Shown one piece after another: positions 16,717 through 24,000 of a stretch of DNA of 24,000 nucleotides (position 1 is its first letter; each line of letters begins with the position of its first letter). Source of the DNA: Escherichia coli (GTDB taxonomy: Bacteria; Pseudomonadota; Gammaproteobacteria; Enterobacterales; Enterobacteriaceae); the NCBI RefSeq assembly GCF_033970745.1, contig NZ_CP111095.1. The stretch is one strand, 5' to 3'. Both the position numbers and the translations under genes were made by a program. The notes under the pieces were generated by a model, which worked only from the letters and a program-made list of their open reading frames with translations, searched no databases and was not told where the DNA came from.

Positions 16717-19700
16717 ATGCATCAGCCTCCCGTTCGCTTCACTTACCGCCTGCTGAGTTACCTGGTCAGTGCGATTATCGCCGGGCAGCCGTTGTTACCG
16801 GCTGTGGGGGCCGTCATCACCCCACAAAACGGGGCCGGAATGGATAAAGCGGCAAATGGTGTGCCGGTCGTGAACATTGCCACGCCGAACGGGGCCGGGA
16901 TTTCGCATAACCGGTTTACGGATTACAACGTCGGGAAGGAAGGGCTGATTCTCAATAATGCCACCGGTAAGCTTAATCCGACGCAGCTTGGTGGACTGAT
17001 ACAGAATAACCCGAACCTGAAAGCGGGCGGGGAAGCGAAGGGTATCATCAACGAAGTGACCGGCGGTAACCGTTCACTGCTGCAGGGCTATACGGAAGTG
17101 GCCGGCAAAGCGGCGAATGTGATGGTTGCCAACCCGTATGGTATCACCTGTGACGGCTGTGGTTTTATCAACACGCCGCACGCGACGCTCACCACGGGCA
17201 GACCTGTGATGAATGCCGACGGCAGCCTGCAGGCGCTGGAGGTGACTGAAGGCAGTATCACCATCAATGGCGCGGGCCTGGACGGCACCCGGAGCGATGC
17301 CGTATCCATTATTGCCCGTGCAACGGAAGTGAATGCCGCGCTTCATGCGAAGGATTTAACTGTCACTGCAGGCGCTAACCGGATAACTGCAGATGGTCGT
17401 GTCAGTGCCCTGAAGGGCGAAGGTGATGTGCCGAAAGTTGCCGTTGATACCGGCGCGCTCGGTGGAATGTACGCCAGGCGTATTCATCTGACCTCCACTG
17501 AAAATGGTGTCGGGGTTAATCTTGGTAACCTTTATGCCCGCGAGGGCGATATCATACTGAACAGTGCCGGGAAACTGGTCCTGAAGAACAGCCTTGCCGG
17601 CGGCAATACCACCGTAACCGGAACGAATGTTTCACTTTCAGGGGATAACAAAGCCGGAGGAAATCTCAGCGTTACCGGGACAACGGGACTGACACTGAAT
17701 CAGTCCCGTCTGGTGACAGATAAAAATCTGGTGCTGTCTTCATCCGGGCAGATTGTACAGAACGGTGGTGAACTGACTGCCGGACAGAACGCCATGCTCA
17801 GTGCACAGCACCTGAACCAGACTTCCGGGGCCGTGAATGCAGCTGAAAATGTCACCCTTACCACCACGGGTGATATCACACTGAAAGGCCGCAGCGTTGC
17901 CGGGAAAACACTCACCGTCAGTTCCGGCAGCCTGAACAACGGCGGGACACTGGTTGCCGGGCGCGATGCCACGGTGAAAACCGGGACATTCAGTAATACC
18001 GGTGCCGTCCAGGGGAACGGCCTGAAAGTCACAGCTACTGACCTGACCAGCACCGGCAGTATTAAAAGTGGCAGCACACTCGATATCAGCGCCCGCAATG
18101 CCACACTGTCCGGTGATGCCGGTGCAAAAGACAGTGCCCGCGTTACCGTCAGCGGTACACTCGAAAACCGCGGCAGACTCGTCAGCGATGACGTGCTGAC
18201 GCTCAGTGCCACGCAGATAAACAACAGCGGTACCCTCTCCGGGGCAAAGGAACTTGTGGCTTCTGCAGACACACTGACCACCACAGAAAAATCGGTCACA
18301 AACAGTGACGGTAACCTCATGCTGAACAGCGCGTCTTCCACACTGGCGGGTGAAACCAGTGCGGGTGGCACGGTGTCTGTAAAAGGCAACAGTCTGAAGA
18401 CCACGACCACTGCGCAGACGCAGGGCAACAGTGTCAGCGTGGATGTGCAGAACGCACAGCTTGACGGAACACAGGCTGCCAGAGACATCCTTACCCTGAA
18501 CGCCAGTGAAAAGCTCACCCACAGCGGGAAAAGCAGCGCCCCGTCGCTCAGCCTCAGTGCGCCGGAACTGACCAGCAGCGGCGTACTTGTTGGTTCCGCC
18601 CTGAATACACAGTCACAGACCCTGACCAACAGCGGTCTGTTGCAGGGGGAGGCCTCACTCACCGTTAACACACAGAGGCTTGATAATCAGCAGAACGGCA
18701 CGCTGTACAGTGCTGCAGACCTGACGCTGGATATACCGGACATCCGCAACAGCGGGCTTATCACCGGTGATAATGGTTTAACGTTAAACACTGCCTCCCT
18801 CAGCAATCCGGGAAAAATCATCGCTGACACGCTGAACGTCAGGGCGACCACGCTGGATGGCGACGGCCTGTTGCAGGGCACCGGTGCACTGGCGCTTGCA
18901 GGCGACACCCTCTCACAGGGCCGTAACGGACGCTGGCTGACGGCGGGCGACCTCTCCCTCCGGGGTAAAACACTGCATACCGCAGGGACCACGCAGGGAC
19001 AGAATCTCACCGTGCAGGCGGACAACTGGGCGAACAGTGGCTCCGTGCTGGCAACCGGTAACCTTACTGCTTCGGCAACCGGTCAGTTGACCAGTACCGG
19101 CGATATCATGAGCCAGGGTGACACCACGCTGAACGCAGCCACCACGGACAACCGGGGCAGTCTGCTTTCGGCTGGTACACTCTCCCTTGATGGAAACTCA
19201 CTGGATAACAGCGGCACTGTCCAGGGTGACCATGTCATGATTCGTCAGAACAGTGTCACCAACAGTGGCACGCTCACCGGGATAGCCGCGCTGACGCTTG
19301 CCGCCCGTATGGATATGGCGTCCCCTCAACCTGCGCTGATGAATAACGGAGGTTCACTGCTGACCAGCGGCGATCTGACAATCACCGCAGGCAGTATTAC
19401 CAGTTCCGGACACTGGCAGGGCAAACGGGTGCTGATCACCGCAGACAGTCTGGCAAACAGCGGGGCGATCCAGGCGGCTGACAGCCTGACTGCACGTCTG
19501 ACGGGTGAGCTTGTCAGCGCCGCGGGCAGCAAAGTCACCTCGAACGGTGAAATGGCGCTCAGTGCACTGAATTTAAGCAACAGCGGACAATGGATTGCAA
19601 AAAATCTGACTCTGAAAGCGAACTCACTGACCAGTGCGGGTGACATCACCGGTGTGGATGCTCTCACGCTCACGGTGAATCAGACGCTGAACAATCACGC

Positions 19701-22700
19701 GAGCGGAAAACTGCTCAGTGCAGGTGTGCTGACGCTGAAGGCAGACAGTGTCACAAACGACGGGCAATTACAGGGAAATGCCACCACCATCACGGCAGGA
19801 CAACTCACAAACGGCGGGCATCTGCAGGGCGAAACGCTGACGCTGACAGCCTCCGGTGGCGTGAACAACCGTTCCGGTGGTGTTCTGATGAGCCGGAATG
19901 CACTGAATGTCAGTACTGCGACCCTGAGTAACCAGGGCACGATACAGGGCGGTGGCGGGGTTTCCCTGAACGCCACTGACCGTCTGCAGAACGACGGCAA
20001 AATCCTCTCCGGCAGTAACCTCACGCTGACGGCGCAGGTGCTGGCGAACACCGGCAGCGGACTGGTACAGGCTGCCACCCTGCTGCTGGATGTGGTGAAT
20101 ACTGTCAACGGCGGACGCGTACTTGCCACCGGCAGTGCCGACGTTAAAGGAACCACGCTGAATAATACCGGTACGCTTCAGGGTGCGGACCTGCTGGTGA
20201 ATTACCACACATTCAGCAACAGCGGTACCCTGCTGGGAACCTCCGGGCTTGGCGTCAAGGGCAGTTCACTGCTGCAAAATGGTACAGGGCGGCTGTACAG
20301 TGCAGGCAACCTGCTGCTTGACGCTCAGGACTTCAGTGGTCAGGGGCAGGTGGTGGCCACTGGTGATGTCACACTGAAACTGATTGCTGCCCTCACGAAT
20401 CATGGTACCCTGGCCGCAGGGAAAACCCTTTCCGTCACGTCGCAAAATGCCATCACCAACGGCGGTGTGATGCAGGGTGATGCCATGGTGCTCGGTGCCG
20501 GAGAGGCATTCACCAACAATGGAATGCTGACTGCCGGTAAAGGCAACAGTGTTTTCAGCGCACAGCGTCTTTTCCTTAACGCACCGGGTTCACTTCAGGC
20601 CGGTGGCGATGTGAGTCTGAACAGCCGGAGTGATATCACCATCAGTGGTTTTACCGGCACGGCAGGCAGTCTGACAATGAATGTGGCCGGTACCCTGCTG
20701 AACAGTGCGCTGATTTATGCGGGGAATAACCTGAAGCTGTTTACAGACCGTCTGCATAACCAGCATGGTGATATCCTGGCCGGCAACAGTCTGTGGGTAC
20801 AGAAGGACAGCAGCGGTACGGCAAACAGCGAAATCATTAACCGTTCCGGTAATATTGAAACCACACGTGGCGATATCACCATGAATACGGCGCATCTGCT
20901 GAATTCCTGGGATGCCATTTCGGCCAGCCATGAGGTCATTCCTGGAAGCAGTCGCGGGGTGATTTCACCGGTTCCGGAAAATAACCGGTGGTGGGGTGTT
21001 GTCCGGCATGATGGTGTGGAATATCTGGCCGTGTACTGGGGGGAGGGTGCCACGGTACCTGATGAATACCGTATCCGTACGGGCGATACGGAAACGGTGA
21101 CAGTCAGTGCCTCCGGTCATGCAGCCCGGATATCCGGCGGCGCTGATATGCATATCCGTGCAGGACGACTGGATAATGAGGCATCGTTTATTCTCGCCGG
21201 TGGCGGTATGACCCTGAGTGGCGACACACTGAACAATCAGGGCTGGCAGGAGGGAACCACCGGAAAGGAAACGGTCTGGCGGCTTGCCTCCGGCTCACTC
21301 CCCAAAGCGTGGTTTACTGAGCCATGGTATAAGGTCTATCGCCAGGTCTCGACGGATGCGACAGAAGCCAGTGGCACCTCTCCGGCAGGTCAGTACCGTG
21401 CGGTTATCAGCGCTGCCGGTGATGTGTCTGCCAGCTTTGCCACTGACACCGGTAATACCACTGTCATGCCCCGGGCAGGTGGTGCAGGTAACACGATAAC
21501 GGTGCCTTCGCTGAACTCCCTGACACCACCGACGGTCAGTCAGGGGGTGAGCGGTGAAGCCCTGCTGAATGAAAGCGGTACCGGGATAACCGGCCCTGTA
21601 TGGAATGACGCGCTGCCGGATACGCTGAAGGATATCCCGGGTGCGCTGTCGCTGTCCGGGGCAAGTGTAAGCAGCTATCCCCTGCCATCCGGTAACAATG
21701 GTTATTTTGTCCCGTCCACGGACCCGGACAGTCCGTATCTGATTACGGTGAACCCGAAACTGGATGGTCTCGGAAAGGTGGACAGCAGTCTGTTTGCCGG
21801 ACTGTATGACCTGCTCAGGATGCAACCCGGACAGGCACCACGAGAAACAGACCCGGCATATACCGATGAAAAACAGTTTCTGGGCTCGTCGTACATTCTT
21901 GACCGTCTTGGCCTGAAACCGGAAAAAGATTACCGCTTTCTGGGGGATGCGGCTTTTGATACCCGGTATGTCAGTAACGTCATACTGAACCAGACGGGCT
22001 CACGTTATATCAACGGCACAGGCTCTGACCTGGCGCAGATGAAATACCTGATGGACAGCGCGGCAGCGCAACAGAAAGCGCTCGGACTGACCTTTGGAGT
22101 GTCGCTGACCGCCGGGCAGGTTGCACAACTGACCAGAAGCATACTGTGGTGGGAGTCCGTCACCATCAACGGACAGACCGTCATGGTTCCGAAACTGTAT
22201 CTGTCTCCGGAAGATATCACCCTGCATAACGGCAGCGTTATCAGCGGGAACAACGTGCAGCTTGCGGGTGGCAATATCACCAACAGCGGCGGCAGCATCA
22301 ACGCACAGAATGACCTCCTGCTCGACAGCACAGGTAGTATCGACAACCTGAATGCCGGACTGATAAACGCCGGTGGTGCACTGAACCTGAAGGCCATCGG
22401 GGATATCGGCAATATCAGCTCAGTCATCAGCGGTAAAACCGTATCCCTGGAAAGCGCCACCGGAAACATCAGTAACCTCACCCGTACAGAACAGTGGGCG
22501 ATGAACAACGGATATAACCATTTCAGCGGAACGGATACCGGTCCGCTGGCTGCTGTCAGGGCAACGGACTCACTGTTTATGGGCGCAGCCGGGGATATCA
22601 GTATCACCGGTGCCGCCGTTTCTGCCGGTGACAGCGTGTTACTGTCCGCCGGTAATGACCTGAACATGAACGCGATACAGGCCGGAGAACGTCGTCGCTA

Positions 22701-24000
22701 TGGCGGGTCCGGGTGGTATGAAACTCATGCCGTGGCCCCCACGGTCACTGCCGGGAACAGTCTGATGCTTTCCGCCGGTCGTGATGTGAACAGCCAGGCT
22801 GCCGGTATTATGGCTGAAAACAGTATGGATATCCGCGCCGGACGGGATGTGAACATGGCTGCGGAGTCCACAGGCACAGGTGACCACGACAGCACTTTCA
22901 GCATGAAGACGGTTCATGATTCGGTCCGGCAGCAGGGAACAGACATGACCAGTGGCGGTGACATCACGGTTACTGCCGGACGGGATATCACCTCAGTTGC
23001 GACCGCTGTAACGGCAAAGGGCGATATCCGTGTGAATGCCGGTCATGACATCGTACTGGGTACTGCCACGGAAAGTGATTATCACTACAGTGAATCAGGG
23101 GAAACCCGTAACCGTCTCCTCAGCCATCAGACCACCCGGACCATCACGGAAGACAGCGTCACCCGTGAGAAGGGCTCCCTGCTGTCGGGAAACCGCGTGA
23201 CCGTTGACGCCGGTGATAACCTGACGGTAGAGGGTTCGGATGTGGTGGCTGACCGGGATGTGTCACTGGCGGCGGGTAACCATGTCGATGTTCTTGCTGC
23301 CACCAGTACAGATACGTCCTGGCGCTTTAAGGAAACGAAGAAATCCGGTCTGACGGGTACCGGCGGTATTGGTTTTACCATTGGCAGCAGTAAGACAACG
23401 CACGACCGCCGCGAGGCCGGGACAACGCAGAGTCAGAGTGCCAGTACCATCGGCTCCACTGCCGGTAATGTCAGTATTACCGCGGGCAAACAGGCTCATA
23501 TCAGCGGTTCGGATGTGATTGCGAACCGGGATATCAGCATTACCGGTGACAGTGTGGTGGTTGACCCGGGGCATGACCGTCGTACTGTGGACGAAAAATT
23601 TGAGCAGAAGAAAAGCGGGCTGACGGTTGCCCTGTCCGGTGCGGTGGGCAGTGCCATCAATAATGCTGCCACCATGGCCCGGGAGGCGAAAGAAACCAGC
23701 GACAGCCGTCTGGCGGCACTGAAAGGAACACAGGCGGTTCTGTCTGGTGTACAGGCCGGTGTTAACCACGGACTGCAGCAACAGAGTGCTGACCCGAATA
23801 ATGGTATCGGCGTGAGCATTTCGCTCAACCATCAGCAGTCGAAGTCTGAGACGAAATATCAGCACGATATCGTCTCCGGCTCAACTCTCAGCGCCGGTAA
23901 CAATGTCTCCGTCACTGCCACGGGGAAAAATAAGGACCATAACAACAGCGGCGATATTCTCATTACCGGGAGCCAGATTAAGTCCGGCAATGACACCAGC
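16717..24000 (+). CDS. cdiA: CdiA contact-dependent growth inhibition effector filament, 5' part (runs off the right edge; 2428 codons in window)
   Basis: [67 protein letters not shown]... (TPS domain with [16 protein letters not shown]), filamentous-haemagglutinin repeats, a non-repetitive receptor-binding-like region, then a second FHA repeat region. The frame stays open to base 24000. Confidence 0.95.
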   Translation, partial: MHQPPVRFTYRLLSYLVSAIIAGQPLLPAVGAVITPQNGAGMDKAANGVPVVNIATPNGAGISHNRFTDYNVGKEGLILNNATGKLNPTQLGGLIQNNPNLKAGGEAKGIINEVTGGNRSLLQGYTEVAGKAANVMVANPYGITCDGCGFINTPHATLTTGRPVMNADGSLQALEVTEGSITINGAGLDGTRSDAVSIIARATEVNAALHAKDLTVTAGANRITADGRVSALKGEGDVPKVAVDTGALGGMYARRIHLTSTENGVGVNLGNLYAREGDIILNSAGKLVLKNSLAGGNTTVTGTNVSLSGDNKAGGNLSVTGTTGLTLNQSRLVTDKNLVLSSSGQIVQNGGELTAGQNAMLSAQHLNQTSGAVNAAENVTLTTTGDITLKGRSVAGKTLTVSSGSLNNGGTLVAGRDATVKTGTFSNTGAVQGNGLKVTATDLTSTGSIKSGSTLDISARNATLSGDAGAKDSARVTVSGTLENRGRLVSDDVLTLSATQINNSGTLSGAKELVASADTLTTTEKSVTNSDGNLMLNSASSTLAGETSAGGTVSVKGNSLKTTTTAQTQGNSVSVDVQNAQLDGTQAARDILTLNASEKLTHSGKSSAPSLSLSAPELTSSGVLVGSALNTQSQTLTNSGLLQGEASLTVNTQRLDNQQNGTLYSAADLTLDIPDIRNSGLITGDNGLTLNTASLSNPGKIIADTLNVRATTLDGDGLLQGTGALALAGDTLSQGRNGRWLTAGDLSLRGKTLHTAGTTQGQNLTVQADNWANSGSVLATGNLTASATGQLTSTGDIMSQGDTTLNAATTDNRGSLLSAGTLSLDGNSLDNSGTVQGDHVMIRQNSVTNSGTLTGIAALTLAARMDMASPQPALMNNGGSLLTSGDLTITAGSITSSGHWQGKRVLITADSLANSGAIQAADSLTARLTGELVSAAGSKVTSNGEMALSALNLSNSGQWIAKNLTLKANSLTSAGDITGVDALTLTVNQTLNNHASGKLLSAGVLTLKADSVTNDGQLQGNATTITAGQLTNGGHLQGETLTLTASGGVNNRSGGVLMSRNALNVSTATLSNQGTIQGGGGVSLNATDRLQNDGKILSGSNLTLTAQVLANTGSGLVQAATLLLDVVNTVNGGRVLATGSADVKGTTLNNTGTLQGADLLVNYHTFSNSGTLLGTSGLGVKGSSLLQNGTGRLYSAGNLLLDAQDFSGQGQVVATGDVTLKLIAALTNHGTLAAGKTLSVTSQNAITNGGVMQGDAMVLGAGEAFTNNGMLTAGKGNSVFSAQRLFLNAPGSLQAGGDVSLNSRSDITISGFTGTAGSLTMNVAGTLLNSALIYAGNNLKLFTDRLHNQHGDILAGNSLWVQKDSSGTANSEIINRSGNIETTRGDITMNTAHLLNSWDAISASHEVIPGSSRGVISPVPENNRWWGVVRHDGVEYLAVYWGEGATVPDEYRIRTGDTETVTVSASGHAARISGGADMHIRAGRLDNEASFILAGGGMTLSGDTLNNQGWQEGTTGKETVWRLASGSLPKAWFTEPWYKVYRQVSTDATEASGTSPAGQYRAVISAAGDVSASFATDTGNTTVMPRAGGAGNTITVPSLNSLTPPTVSQGVSGEALLNESGTGITGPVWNDALPDTLKDIPGALSLSGASVSSYPLPSGNNGYFVPSTDPDSPYLITVNPKLDGLGKVDSSLFAGLYDLLRMQPGQAPRETDPAYTDEKQFLGSSYILDRLGLKPEKDYRFLGDAAFDTRYVSNVILNQTGSRYINGTGSDLAQMKYLMDSAAAQQKALGLTFGVSLTAGQVAQLTRSILWWESVTINGQTVMVPKLYLSPEDITLHNGSVISGNNVQLAGGNITNSGGSINAQNDLLLDSTGSIDNLNAGLINAGGALNLKAIGDIGNISSVISGKTVSLESATGNISNLTRTEQWAMNNGYNHFSGTDTGPLAAVRATDSLFMGAAGDISITGAAVSAGDSVLLSAGNDLNMNAIQAGERRRYGGSGWYETHAVAPTVTAGNSLMLSAGRDVNSQAAGIMAENSMDIRAGRDVNMAAESTGTGDHDSTFSMKTVHDSVRQQGTDMTSGGDITVTAGRDITSVATAVTAKGDIRVNAGHDIVLGTATESDYHYSESGETRNRLLSHQTTRTITEDSVTREKGSLLSGNRVTVDAGDNLTVEGSDVVADRDVSLAAGNHVDVLAATSTDTSWRFKETKKSGLTGTGGIGFTIGSSKTTHDRREAGTTQSQSASTIGSTAGNVSITAGKQAHISGSDVIANRDISITGDSVVVDPGHDRRTVDEKFEQKKSGLTVALSGAVGSAINNAATMAREAKETSDSRLAALKGTQAVLSGVQAGVNHGLQQQSADPNNGIGVSISLNHQQSKSETKYQHDIVSGSTLSAGNNVSVTATGKNKDHNNSGDILITGSQIKSGNDTS

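Noticed and set aside
16390-16722. Minus-strand ORFs opposite the cdiB 3' end and cdiA start
   Set aside because: Fully antisense to cdiB, with no start-site context or family signature.
17700-18671. 323-aa minus-strand ORF (and overlapping 260-aa ORF 17740-18522)
   Set aside because: Antisense to cdiA in a GC-rich, repetitive coding region. Composition is V/S/P/L-biased, typical of shadow ORFs, with no recognisable domain.
18687-23865. Series of 60-200 aa minus-strand ORFs through cdiA (19326-19673, 19695-20208, 20590-21153, 21295-21825, 22005-22667, 23127-23865) and short + strand ORFs
   Set aside because: All lie inside the cdiA frame and mirror its repeats. Treated as artefacts of GC-rich antisense or alternate frames.
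1-24000. CRISPR array, retron, rRNA or complete tRNA gene
   Set aside because: No regularly spaced direct repeats, reverse-transcriptase motif, rRNA sequence or complete cloverleaf was seen. Only the ileX 3' half is present. FHA-type periodicity in cdiA is protein-level repetition, not a CRISPR.

Overview
This looks like the integrase-proximal part of a genomic island in Escherichia coli, or a very close relative, inserted at the 3' half of the tRNA-Ile2 (CAT anticodon) gene ileX next to yqjH/nfeF. In order along the + axis it contains: (1) the C-terminal part of YqjH; (2) a 47-bp ileX 3'-half att fragment; (3) a DUF4102-type tyrosine integrase; (4) two unidentified convergent cargo genes; (5) a CP4-57-like core made of an AlpA-type regulator, a DUF3987/YfjI-like protein, about 970 bp with no convincing ORF, and a YfjJ/inovirus-Gp2-like protein with a HIH motif; (6) a stand-alone KAP-family P-loop NTPase; (7) a decayed ISL3-type transposase and another decayed fragment; (8) an overlapping two-gene unit, a HipA-like kinase core plus a protein that appears to join a HipA N-terminal-subdomain-like region to a HIRAN domain; (9) cdiB and the first ~2428 codons of cdiA, with the toxin-bearing CdiA C-terminus and cdiI beyond the window. 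The best candidate for an under-described system is the split HipA-kinase / HipS-like-HIRAN pair at 12818-14477. Secondary candidates are the two unidentified cargo proteins at 2369-4671, the KAP NTPase, and the long structured intergenic region at 7158-8125. All family calls come from reading protein motifs by eye; no database search was run.
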